DNA from: Microcoleus sp.
Lineage (GTDB): Bacteria > Cyanobacteriota > Cyanobacteriia > Cyanobacteriales > Microcoleaceae
Reading direction: 5' to 3'
Assembly: GCA_042408215.1 (NCBI GenBank)
Contig: JAYFMW010000029.1
Location: forward strand, 32,001 to 96,000
DNA: 64,000 nt
The translations under genes and the position numbers were made by a program. This document shows, in pieces, positions 24,210 to 33,890 of this stretch (positions within the stretch are counted from its first letter, which is position 1; every line of letters begins with the position of its first letter). The notes beneath the pieces were generated by a model. The model was not told the origin of the DNA. It did not search any database and was given only the letters and a program-made list of their open reading frames with translations.

Positions 24210-24844
24210 AATCTCGCACAAACAAATAAGTATTTATATTTAAATGCTACACTCGTTTTATAAATAACTCGAACTCGTAATCTTTTTTTACAACCCATTA
24301 AGTAGTCACTTATCAAAACATTTTCTACTGTAAATAACCAATAAAAAAAATTATGTTTTCTTGAATTATTGAAAGTTTTATTGAGAATTGTAACGCTACT
24401 TAAGTAGCTCCACCTAAAAATTCGAGCTGCTGCAAGGTAATTATTGGCTGTTACAGACCCTACTTAAACTGTCCTGCAAAAAATGCTTCGCTCCGCTATT
24501 GCTAGGGGTAAGGTGCAACCTAAGCACCCGAAATAGTCCTGGACGCACGGTTGGTCAAAAACCCGCTTTCTTGAGTCTAATAGCGTAAGTCCTGGGAAAG
24601 ATCGAGTGTGCGTCCAGGACTGTTCAACTTAAAGGTAGGGTGCGTGACCACCAGCAATCTTGGTTCTCCTGACTTTTCGGCGATCGTAAAAATAAAAATT
24701 CCCGTGGTGCGGGCTGGAGAACCCGCCTGAGCGAGACGCTCACACTACCGTTTCCACCACAAATCCAGGAGAGCCGAAATCTTTGAGCCGCAGTGAGGTA
24801 ATTAATGGCTGTCACGCACCTTACTTAAACTAGAACTTGTGCAT

Positions 24845-25975
24845 CTATTTTTGAAGAAAAGGGCAATTCACGGCCATTGTACCAGAGGAATCAGTAAAGG
24901 TAACTTCATCCTTATAATGCCGCGGTGTTTCCATCAGCAACCGCCAAGCTTCTCCAGCATCTATTAAATTCATGCGTCCGGGATAATGAATTTTTAACAA
25001 CTCTTGCACCATCGGATAATAGTCTGAGTTGATGCTGGGGAAAATATGATGCTCTGTGTGGTAAGAAAAATGTAAGTGCAGCAGGTCAAATATTTTAGGA
25101 ACCCGCAATGACATACTATTAATCAGCGGGTCATTGATGCTGGTCATCCGGCAACCCATGTGATTGGTGTAGATGTAAAACATTGCGCCCGCATGACCAA
25201 TTGCGATCGGCAAAAAGTAGGCCAGAGCAACTTTTAGCGGATTAAATTCTAGGTAGAATAAGATGCTCAGATGAATTCCTAAGATTCCCAAACACTCAAA
25301 GGCGATCGTCAATCTATCTTTAGGACTAACTGTAAAGGCAGCCGGCACGTAATCAACAGATTTATCATTGAATAACAACACCGAGGATACGTTGCGGAAA
25401 TTGTGTACAAACCACGATCCAGCCATCCCTACAATTAACCACACCGGGTTGACTTCAACCGACGGTACAAACAGATTTTGAATCCATTTTCCCCAGGTAT
25501 CTGGCTGCTGGTACAGGTAATTGCGATCGGGATCTGCTAGGGAATTTGTGTTATTGTGGTGTACGAGGTTGTGCAGGGATTTCCACTGAGTAGGTGGCAT
25601 AAACAGCATACTTAATCCCAAAAAGGCGATCGGATAAGTCAGTCGCGACTTTTTCAGAACGCTACCGTGCATCAGGTCGTGGGAGCTAAATAGCAAAACT
25701 ATGATACTATTGCCCATGATGACGGCTAGAGGTAAGTAAAGCCATAAAAGATAGACAGGCCATCGATCGAGATTAGCAGCAATCCCCCATCCTAACAATA
25801 AAATCCCCAGATTGATCGGCAGTATCACTAACTTGCTTGAATTGGGTTGAAAGGCATCTGATGGCAGAAGTGGACGCAATTTCTTAGCGTATACCGATTG
25901 GTGAATTAGCGTTTCTTCGCCTAAAGTCGGCGTGGCAGTCTCGTCTAGAGTAGAGAGTGTTTTTTCGGATTTCAT
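24845..25975 (-). CDS. Membrane fatty acid desaturase family protein
   Basis: Three His boxes: HDLMH, HNLVHH, HTEHH. Confidence 0.9.
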   Translation of the reverse strand: MKSEKTLSTLDETATPTLGEETLIHQSVYAKKLRPLLPSDAFQPNSSKLVILPINLGILLLGWGIAANLDRWPVYLLWLYLPLAVIMGNSIIVLLFSSHDLMHGSVLKKSRLTYPIAFLGLSMLFMPPTQWKSLHNLVHHNNTNSLADPDRNYLYQQPDTWGKWIQNLFVPSVEVNPVWLIVGMAGSWFVHNFRNVSSVLLFNDKSVDYVPAAFTVSPKDRLTIAFECLGILGIHLSILFYLEFNPLKVALAYFLPIAIGHAGAMFYIYTNHMGCRMTSINDPLINSMSLRVPKIFDLLHLHFSYHTEHHIFPSINSDYYPMVQELLKIHYPGRMNLIDAGEAWRLLMETPRHYKDEVTFTDSSGTMAVNCPFLQK

Positions 25976-26276
25976 GTTGTCGCTAACAGTATTCTCATCT
26001 GAATTATAGGACTTACGCGGTGCAAATTTTATATATTTGTGGGCTAAGGTGCGCTGTGCATCCCCCTACAGATAGATTTTTTGCGTAATTCCCGACTCAA
26101 TAACTTGCTAATTTTAATCAGAGCCGGTTTTGAACGAGTTTAATATTTAGGAAAAATCAGTCATTAGTTAGTAGTGCTTATTTGCTTGTTGATGCTTGAA
26201 AAAATCACTAATAATGACTAATTAAATTCTGGACAAAATCTCACCATCTATCAGTAATAGCGTCAAAGCTGCCTGA

Positions 26277-26618
26277 TTATTGATAAGGATCTTGGCCTCG
26301 AAGCTGGCGCAGAGAATTCACACACAAGGGGCAATCGCACCCAAACGCAGCAACAGCAGCATCACTTTCTTCTTCAGTCATCGGAAATTCCAAAGTTGGC
26401 TGTGTATAGGCCACTTGAACAGTTTCTTTTACTTTGGTGAATCCTCCCCCATTGGAGCGCACGCAGCGCAAATGGGAACAAACCTGCCCTACCGTCGGTG
26501 CAGGGTTGCTGAGGTTTGGTTGGGACATCTCAGCAGCCTTGGCAGTATGGACACTCAGTAGTATTGAACTGAATATGCTGGGACTGGCAAGCAATGCAAG
26601 TGCAATTTTTTTGTTCAT
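26277..26618 (-). CDS. Secreted hypothetical protein with C-terminal CDCPLC motif
   Basis: Signal-peptide-like N-terminus; conserved-looking Cys motif. Confidence 0.65.
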   Translation of the reverse strand: MNKKIALALLASPSIFSSILLSVHTAKAAEMSQPNLSNPAPTVGQVCSHLRCVRSNGGGFTKVKETVQVAYTQPTLEFPMTEEESDAAVAAFGCDCPLCVNSLRQLRGQDPYQ

Positions 26619-26741
26619 CTTTAATACCGCTGTACAAACCTAATATCATATCCCATAAAGAGACTTTTGTAAAAAAATATTAAAAACTTAAGTCCTACCA
26701 ATAACAAATAACCCATAACAAATAACCCATAACAAGTAACA

Positions 26742-28010
26742 TTAAAAAAGTCCGTTTCCCTGAACAATTTCTTTAATTGTAGTCAACGTATCTAAACCAA
26801 TTAATCCTCGACGATAACCTTTTTGATTAGACATTCCCAAAAATATCGCATCTCCCCGATTTTGATAGCGCCAAAACCGAGGGGAGGCATTAATAAAAGT
26901 AGAGGCACTGTTGACATCCAGAGCAAATTGGCGACTTTCTAGGTAAGATTCTGTGGCGATGCTGTCAGCGTGGCCGCTGCTGTAGCGATTGATCCAGCCG
27001 ATCGCAATCCCTAAACTATCGACCACTTTAAATGCTATGGTTTTGTTCAAATACGGTTGAGTCCACTCAGAGGTTTCAGCTAACTGCAATTCGGGAAAAT
27101 CTGCGACGAGCTCGGCGTCTCCCCTAATTTGAAAGCCTTTTTCTTTTAAACTGTTCCACAGCCTCACTAAGGAAGAAGGCTTTTGGTTGCGATCGATCAG
27201 CACTTTCTCGATCGCATTCACCGGATCGGGCACGCTTTGATGGCTGTCCAAAATCATCCACCTCGCCATCTCCAAACTACCAGTAGGCGACCAATAAAGG
27301 TAACAATTTCCCATTGCCGATCGCAACACCGGTACTGTACACTGTCGCACCACCTGCTGCACCAAACTCGGCCTGCCGTAGGGAATAATTAAATTGAGAT
27401 ATTCGTCTTGAGTGACTAAATCGCGGATCGAAGCGCCTCGATCGGGCGGCAGTACCTGCAAACATCCAGACGGCAAACCAACCTCATCGATCGCCGACGA
27501 CAAAGCTTCCCCGATTACCGCATTAGTTTGCCAGCTTTCGCTACCGCCTTTGAGAATCAAGCTGTTAGCACTTTTGAGACACAAACCCGCCGCGATCGCC
27601 CCCAACTCGGGAAACGCCTCGTAAATTAGGGCGATCGCCCCCAGCGGTAGAGACTGACAGTATACTTGACACCGATCGACCTGATAAGAAGCATTAATCA
27701 CCCTGCCGATCGGATCTGGCATTTCTCCCAATCGCTGAAGAATTTGCACCGTTGTCTTGATCCTTTCTGGCGTCAGCTTTAGCCAATCCACAATCAATTC
27801 GGGAATCGCCATATCCCGACTCGCTTCCAGATCCAGAGTATTTGCTTCTAAAATTTCATTTTGTCGGCGTTTCAGCGCCAGAGCCATCGCCTGCAAAGCA
27901 GCAGCGCGATCCGTACTCTTTGTCCCCGCCAGCTCCAAAGAAGCAAGATTTGCGCGGCGGGCGACATTTGCAGAATCCGAGTCAAGGCTAGAATCGTCAA
28001 TTATCATCAT
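26742..28010 (-). CDS. proA: Gamma-glutamyl phosphate reductase family protein (divergent paralogue)
   Basis: PLGAIALIYEA, LKGGSE, SGHADSI, NASPRF; the canonical catalytic Cys region reads PDPVNA. Confidence 0.8.
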   Translation of the reverse strand: MMIIDDSSLDSDSANVARRANLASLELAGTKSTDRAAALQAMALALKRRQNEILEANTLDLEASRDMAIPELIVDWLKLTPERIKTTVQILQRLGEMPDPIGRVINASYQVDRCQVYCQSLPLGAIALIYEAFPELGAIAAGLCLKSANSLILKGGSESWQTNAVIGEALSSAIDEVGLPSGCLQVLPPDRGASIRDLVTQDEYLNLIIPYGRPSLVQQVVRQCTVPVLRSAMGNCYLYWSPTGSLEMARWMILDSHQSVPDPVNAIEKVLIDRNQKPSSLVRLWNSLKEKGFQIRGDAELVADFPELQLAETSEWTQPYLNKTIAFKVVDSLGIAIGWINRYSSGHADSIATESYLESRQFALDVNSASTFINASPRFWRYQNRGDAIFLGMSNQKGYRRGLIGLDTLTTIKEIVQGNGLF

Positions 28011-28014
28011 TTAG

Positions 28015-28419
28015 CTAACGCCTGTAAGCTAGCCATACCATCAGAGCCGGCAGCATTGCTAGCAGCAAGGCTAGCATTGCCCACAGAATAATATTCGGGC
28101 CTGGTGAGAGCAGGGCCAGCGGCAACCAAATCATTAGCGGCACCAAAATCATGCCGAGAGTCAAGGGCAAATAGTCCGCCCTCCAACCTCGATTCGCTCT
28201 GTTCCACTGTTGACCTGTCCACCGCCAAGCCTGCTTGTAAGGATAGTTTGTGGATAGTTGCTCGATGACGTGTCCGCTTTCGTCCAATACAAATATTTGC
28301 TGACAGCGATTGCAGCCAAAGGCTTCTGTCAGTACGATCGGTACGAGGCGACCCCGACGTCGGCAAGGGCAGGGGTAATCACCGTTTAAGTCGATCTTTG
28401 GAGCTTTTTGAGATGGCAC
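28015..28419 (-). CDS. Conserved hypothetical protein, Zn-ribbon plus two TM helices
   Basis: CPC...CNRC and hydrophobic C-terminus; GTG start inferred. Confidence 0.7.
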   Translation of the reverse strand: MPSQKAPKIDLNGDYPCPCRRRGRLVPIVLTEAFGCNRCQQIFVLDESGHVIEQLSTNYPYKQAWRWTGQQWNRANRGWRADYLPLTLGMILVPLMIWLPLALLSPGPNIILWAMLALLLAMLPALMVWLAYRR

Positions 28420-29116
28420 GGGATATCCGATAACAAAAGCGTTTTTACAAAAATAATCTTTAAGATATCCTTCAATCTTACATCTTGCACCTCTGTCAGC
28501 AACAGGCTTTCCGGCCTGTTCCACCAAGAGTGAATTTTATAGTGGAACAGGCATCCTGCCTATTCTTGAGCATAATGCAAGATATCAGTTCGATCGAACT
28601 TGTCAACTCGCCGCTTCTAAAAATCTACAGAAATCTGTAGGTCAAACTTAGCGGTTTATGTTTAGCCCTTAGCAAGTGCTATAAGCTTCCCGATTGCTCA
28701 GGTTGGCCTGCTCTTCCCAGTTAGAGACTGCCTTGATTTAGCAGAGGACTTAAAATATTTGGTTTTTTGATGATTAGTTTGTGCCAAGTGTGTTGCTGTG
28801 GTTTTCACACCAAGTAAGCTTTAACAACCCGCACTAATCAAGCGTTTCTCAAGTTTATCACGATTGTTGTGAAAGTCGTCAAGATCTGAAAAAATCTAGA
28901 TAATTCTAGATTTTTAGGCTGCTGTTTTAAACCCCTAAGCAGGCTTTCAACTGCCTGTTCCGAGCCTTCGCTCTATCGGCACTATGTTGTCGAAGAGTGA
29001 GTTGCGAGTTCCGTCATTAATTTTACCATAAACTGAGGTATTATCACCAAATGTTGGCGACATAGCACAGATTTTTTTGGGCTTTGTCAGATTAACTAAA
29101 TTACTTAATCTTTAAA

Positions 29117-29188
29117 AGCGGGTGACGCGATTCGAACGCGCGACATTCACCTTGGCAAGGTGACGCTCTACCACTGAGCCACACCCGC
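29117..29188 (-). tRNA. tRNA-Gly(GCC)
   Basis: Cloverleaf GCGGGTG...TTGCCAA...GTTCGAATC. Confidence 0.95.
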
Positions 29189-29404
29189 ATTTCCTGCGGT
29201 CTTAACTATAATGCCTTAACTATCTGATTTTGTCAAGTCTTTTTCATAAATTTTTTTCAGAAACTCAGCCCAGGGCGATCGGGCCACTACCCATCTCACG
29301 TTTTCGGAGCCGGATTATTAACTAAATCAGTAATTGCCATAGTTTTGACAGCCAGCAGCCGACAACGGAGCTACAATCAGACTGGAATTTGGGGGAACAC
29401 TGAT

Positions 29405-29545
29405 ATGTCAGACTTAAATCGCGGAATCATGAAGTTCAAGGGAGCTGACAGCCCCATCGCGATCGCCATTTCAGCGATCGTGATTGCGGGCGGGATCGGC
29501 TTTCTGATCTGGTGGGCACTACAATCAGCCTACGCCTTAAGCTAA
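29405..29545 (+). CDS. Small single-TM protein (46 aa), MSDLNRGIMKF type
   Basis: G-rich RBS, ATG, one hydrophobic helix. Confidence 0.65.
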   Translation: MSDLNRGIMKFKGADSPIAIAISAIVIAGGIGFLIWWALQSAYALS

Positions 29546-29645
29546 CTTTCGCTAACAAACTGCGCTGAGGGCGGGTTGATCTCACTGATCTGTGTGCCCG
29601 CCGACATACTGGAAAAACCCGCTCCACTAACTAATGACAGATGAC

Positions 29646-29915
29646 GTGAACAAACCTGACAGTCAAGGTCGTACCGTTAGACGGTAGGCTTCTTATTTCC
29701 TTTTTTGCTCATGCTTTTTATAGTGAGGTAGTTCCACCCCCACTTACTAATATTATAGGACAGGAAGGCAAGATCATCCCGAAATACAATTGTCGGGAGC
29801 CGTACCTCCGACCGACGCTTCTGGACATCCCTGCGGTAATTTATTCGGGGGTACTCCGTGCAAGCACTCCGATAAATCCCCCTCTAAATACACCGAGGGA
29901 CTTCCCGGCTGTTAG
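29646..29915 (-). mobile_element. Possible non-autonomous IS200/IS605 derivative (PATE-like)
   Basis: Subterminal hairpin at one end, AAGAAGCCTAC...TCAC right-end-like sequence at the other, no ORF. Confidence 0.4.
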
Positions 29916-30111
29916 TTAATCTGACTTACCACTGAAAATTGCCATAAATCCCTCGGATGAGTCCTAGGAACGATCAAAGATTACTACCCGATCAACTACT
30001 TTTGTAGTGCATTTGTCAACAAGGCGCGCAGAGAGCCTAGTTTTGGATGCAAGGGTTAGCGCACAGTCAATGATTTGCTTATTTTTGCTAATGTATGCTA
30101 CTATTGGCTGC

Positions 30112-30687
30112 ATGGCATACGTCCCACTCAGAAAAGCAGTCGAATTTCTGGGATTGCATCCACATACCTTGAGAAAATATGCAGACGAAGGGAAAATCAA
30201 AAGCATCAAAAACGAAGCAGGGCAACGACTCTACGATGTCGAGTCTTACCAGCGCGGTGCAACTAGAGCTACCTTTGTTTGCTACTGTCGCGTCAGTTCT
30301 CCCAAGCAGCGAGACGACCTTGCTAGACAAGTTGACTTCATGCGACAGCAATACCCCGACGCCGAAATCACCCAAGATATCGGGTCGGGACTCAACTTTA
30401 AGCGAAAAGGATTGCAAGCCTTACTGGTCAGATTTATGCGCGGCGAACAGCTCACGATTGTTGTTGCCTGTCGCGACAGATTGTGCAGGTTCGGATTTGA
30501 ATTATTCGAGTTCATGGCCGGGCAGAACGGTGGACAAATCTTGGTTCTTGACCGAACTGTTCACTGCCCAGAAACCGAACTCACGAGCGATCTTCTTGCC
30601 ATCCTTCACGTCTTCGGTCGCAGAATGCACGGACTCAGAAGTTACAGCAAGAAGATCAAGGAAGATCCGGCTATTCCTAAATCCTGA
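30112..30687 (+). CDS. tnpA: IS607 serine recombinase (MerR-like HTH plus resolvase)
   Basis: LGLHPHTLRKY, YCRVSS, DIGSGLNFKRKG, DRLCRFGF. Confidence 0.95.
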   Translation: MAYVPLRKAVEFLGLHPHTLRKYADEGKIKSIKNEAGQRLYDVESYQRGATRATFVCYCRVSSPKQRDDLARQVDFMRQQYPDAEITQDIGSGLNFKRKGLQALLVRFMRGEQLTIVVACRDRLCRFGFELFEFMAGQNGGQILVLDRTVHCPETELTSDLLAILHVFGRRMHGLRSYSKKIKEDPAIPKS

Positions 30688-31771
30688 GCAAAAAGCGTTA
30701 ATTAAGCAGTGGTTTGGAGTGAGTCGTTTTGTTTACAACACAACGATCAAATATCTCCAAGAACCAGACACAAAAGCTAGCTGGATGACAATCAAAACTG
30801 GAATACTCAACAGCTTGCCAGAATGGGCAAAACCTGTACCTTTCCAAATCAAATCGATTGCCATTAAAGATGCTTGCTCAACTGTGAAAGCAGCTAAACA
30901 GGGCTTCAAAAAAGACAGCCAAATCCGTAAATGTAAATTTCGCAGCAGGAAAGACACCAAGCAGTCTATCTATGCGCCGAAGTCGGCTATAAAAGATTGT
31001 GGTGTCTACCATTCAATTTTGGGCAAGTGTCAGGTAACAGAATCTTTGCCTAGAAATTTCAGTGATGGTAGGTTGACTCTCGCTTATGGCAAGTATTACC
31101 TAGTTGTTTCTGAAGAAGTGCAACAAGTTAAGACTGATAAACAAGGTCGGCTGGTTGCCTTAGATCCCGGTGTCCGCACGTTCATGACATTTTTCTCTGA
31201 AGATTCTTACGGCTGGTTAGGAAAAGATTCTAATTTGCACATCCAGAAACTGTGTTTCCGGTTGGATAAACTGGTATCAAAATCTTCTAAAGCTCCTAGT
31301 CGGCAGAAAAGAAGATTCAAGAAAGCAGCCAGTCGGCTTCGTTGCAAAATAAAGAATTTGGTCAAAGAATTACATCACAAAACAGCTAAGTTTTTAGTTG
31401 ATAATTTTGATGTGATTCTGCTACCAACTTTTGAAAGCTCCCAAATGGTGTCTAAGTCGCGCCGTAAGTTGAGAAACAAAACGGTGCGACAAATGTTGAC
31501 ATTGAGTCATTACGAGTTTAAGACTTTCTTGAAGTGGAAAGCTTGGGAAAGTTCAAAACTCGTAATTGATTGCAACGAAGCTTACACTTCAAAAACAGTT
31601 TCATGGACTGGCGAAATTGTCCAAAAACTAGGTGGCGCTAGGACTATTAAGTCGGCAGCCACTGGATTCAAGATGGATCGGGATCTAAATGGTGCTCGTG
31701 GGATTTTCACGGGCGAGGCATTGGTTGACACGCCTTTGTTGAGAGATTCTCTTAACTTATACGTTTGTTAG
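30179..31771 (+). CDS. tnpB: IS607 TnpB, pro-Fanzor-like RNA-guided nuclease (start uncertain; overlaps tnpA)
   Basis: RFVYN helix, ALDPGVRTF, ILLPTFE, NEAYTSKT, DRDLNGARGI. Confidence 0.9.
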   Translation: MQTKGKSKASKTKQGNDSTMSSLTSAVQLELPLFATVASVLPSSETTLLDKLTSCDSNTPTPKSPKISGRDSTLSEKDCKPYWSDLCAANSSRLLLPVATDCAGSDLNYSSSWPGRTVDKSWFLTELFTAQKPNSRAIFLPSFTSSVAECTDSEVTARRSRKIRLFLNPEQKALIKQWFGVSRFVYNTTIKYLQEPDTKASWMTIKTGILNSLPEWAKPVPFQIKSIAIKDACSTVKAAKQGFKKDSQIRKCKFRSRKDTKQSIYAPKSAIKDCGVYHSILGKCQVTESLPRNFSDGRLTLAYGKYYLVVSEEVQQVKTDKQGRLVALDPGVRTFMTFFSEDSYGWLGKDSNLHIQKLCFRLDKLVSKSSKAPSRQKRRFKKAASRLRCKIKNLVKELHHKTAKFLVDNFDVILLPTFESSQMVSKSRRKLRNKTVRQMLTLSHYEFKTFLKWKAWESSKLVIDCNEAYTSKTVSWTGEIVQKLGGARTIKSAATGFKMDRDLNGARGIFTGEALVDTPLLRDSLNLYVC

Positions 31772-32373
31772 CGTTTGTTAGCAAAAAAGTGTCGGTTGTA
31801 TCTCAACAGAAATTTATGGCAAGCTTTCGGGACATCTTAAAATACTACAGTCGCTACTGGAAAACTTCAGTTTTCAGCATAGGCGCATCCAGCGTTTTGG
31901 GACTAGCTGATTTGCTTGCGCCCTAGGCGATCGGTCAAATATTAAACCTATTGTCGGGTCAAACTACAGATATTCTGTTACCCAAAAACTCATAGCAGCG
32001 ATCGCCTCTGTTACCCAGCAGCCCGCCAACAAAACAGGAGCGCTATCCATCTTGCTGGGCATAATTTTTCTGGTAACAGTAGCCAAAGCACCGATTCAAC
32101 CTTGGGTAGGAAATTGGTTTCACTGGGTGATACTTCGACGGAGTTGATCGGCTCGCCCTTCGGCGAAGCTGAGCGGGTAAACGCAGTCCTTGGGCTCAGC
32201 ACAAGTGCCCAATGCCCAATTCCCCATCCCTCCGCTTCGCTTCGCCCAATTCCCCATGCCAATTCCCCTATATCCACTACTTGACTTATGTATTCAATGC
32301 TTTTCATTAGACTTTCTGATGTATTGTTGCAAACAAAGAGTCTGGTGCTAAGATGTATAAATGTGATGGAAAT

Positions 32374-32455
32374 GGGTCGATGCCCGAGCGGTTAATGGGG
32401 GCGGACTGTAAATCCGCTGGCTACGCCTACGCTAGTTCAAATCTAGCTCGGCCCA
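32374..32455 (+). tRNA. tRNA-Tyr(GTA)
   Basis: Cloverleaf with CTGTAAA loop and long variable arm. Confidence 0.95.
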
Positions 32456-32529
32456 CCTCAATTTAATAAAAAGTTAAAATTTAAGAATTAAAAATTAAAA
32501 GTTTTAATTTGAGATTCTTAATTTTTTAT

Positions 32530-32601
32530 GCCCGTGTAACTCAGTGGTAGAGTACCTCCTTGGTAAGGAGGAAGTCACGAGTTCAAATCTCGTCACGGGC
32601 T
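32530..32601 (+). tRNA. tRNA-Thr(GGT)
   Basis: Cloverleaf with TTGGTAA loop. Confidence 0.95.
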
Positions 32602-32656
32602 TTTAAAAGACTATATTAAAGGATTAGCGGTTGAAGTTGTTCTTCAACCGCCCATA

Positions 32657-33568
32657 CTAATTTTTCAGATTCGCTTGCAAATAAGTTTTTGGGTCTTCAG
32701 CAACCCAACCTAAACCCGTATTGTACCGAACTTCAAAATGCAAATGAGGTTGCGGAATATCCGGTTTTCCTGTCGTCCCCACAGTGCCCAAAACTTCTCC
32801 AGACTGCACAGTCTGCCCGACTTTTACCGCCATATTTCTCAAATGAGCGTAGCGCGTTTGCTTCCCCGCTTGGTGGTTCACTACTACTAAATTGCCGTAA
32901 TCCCCCTGTGGCCCGGCAAAGGCGACTGTCCCCCCGCCAGCAGCCAAAACCTGCGTACCCTCCGCGGCCAAGAAATCTATGCCGCTGTGGAAAAAAACTG
33001 CGCGACTTACCGGATGCGTCTGCCAGCCATAACGCAAAGCTTCTACCGCCGGTGTCGCTAGCGGAAAGCCTTGTACCGATGTCGCATCGGGATTTACCGC
33101 AGGTTCGATCGACCAATTTACCGAAGGAATAAACGCTACTTGCCCGATCGGCTTGCACCCATTTGCCTCAAATAGCAAGTCTGCACGCACTTTGTAAGTT
33201 TCTGCCAGTTTTTGCCAATTCGAGCCGGCAGGCACTTCTACCAGTCTGCCATCGTAGGGAGGAATGACGATCGTACTGCCGACAGACACTCGACCTCTCC
33301 GCAACATCGGATTCATCGCCATCAGCGTCGCCGGAATCACATTGTACTGCCGCGCTATGCTTTCCACTGTTTCGCCCTGGACAGCGGTATGACGGCGCAA
33401 CCGCTCCAACGCTGGCAGAGGGCAATCGCGGGCGGGTGAGGGGTCTTCTAAAGGTGCGACCGTCGGAAGATTTGTCAGGGTGGCCACAGGATTTGCCACC
33501 GTTTTCCCAACAGGTGCGGCCAAGCAAATTAGTACAGAAACTAGAGGAAATAAGCGCTGAAAAGTCAT
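32657..33568 (-). CDS. LysM plus M23 metallopeptidase
   Basis: LysM repeats, HSGIDF, YAHL, HLHFEVR. Confidence 0.92.
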   Translation of the reverse strand: MTFQRLFPLVSVLICLAAPVGKTVANPVATLTNLPTVAPLEDPSPARDCPLPALERLRRHTAVQGETVESIARQYNVIPATLMAMNPMLRRGRVSVGSTIVIPPYDGRLVEVPAGSNWQKLAETYKVRADLLFEANGCKPIGQVAFIPSVNWSIEPAVNPDATSVQGFPLATPAVEALRYGWQTHPVSRAVFFHSGIDFLAAEGTQVLAAGGGTVAFAGPQGDYGNLVVVNHQAGKQTRYAHLRNMAVKVGQTVQSGEVLGTVGTTGKPDIPQPHLHFEVRYNTGLGWVAEDPKTYLQANLKN

Positions 33569-33794
33569 GATCTTAAGACAAAAGTATTCAGTTCGGGCAA
33601 TTAACAATTTTTGATGAGAGTAGAATTTAATATGTTAAAGCTCTGGACGAGTCCCAAACTTTAAATCCCAGGCTAAGCCAAGTTAGGATAAGAATTATTC
33701 AGTGTTGGTCGCCCTTGGCAAATCAGGCACAAACTACCTCCTATGTACAAAAGCGCTTACCTGTTAACAGCTATGTTCTTGAGGAAGCGGTACG

Positions 33795-33890
33795 CCCCGC
33801 CCCGCTTCCTTCCCGTCGCCAAGACACAAATGCTTGATTCGGAACCTGTCTGCGAGGATGAGGTATCCCACGGGAGTGATTAGGTTTGTT
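33795..33890 (-). ncRNA. ssrS: 6S RNA, 3' half
   Basis: GATACCTCATCCTCGCAGACAGGTTCC...TTGTGTCTTGGCGACGG resembles the 6S 3' strand and is complementary to 35107-35180. Confidence 0.7.

Larger units (their letters stand above)
30070..31795 (+). mobile_element. IS607-family element
   Basis: tnpA plus tnpB; ends carry short repeats TTTTTGCTAA (left) and GTTTGTTAGC x2...TCGG (right); left boundary approximate. Confidence 0.85.

Noticed and set aside
29117..32601. tRNA-anchored genomic island or prophage
   Set aside because: No integrase and no duplicated tRNA 3' end seen
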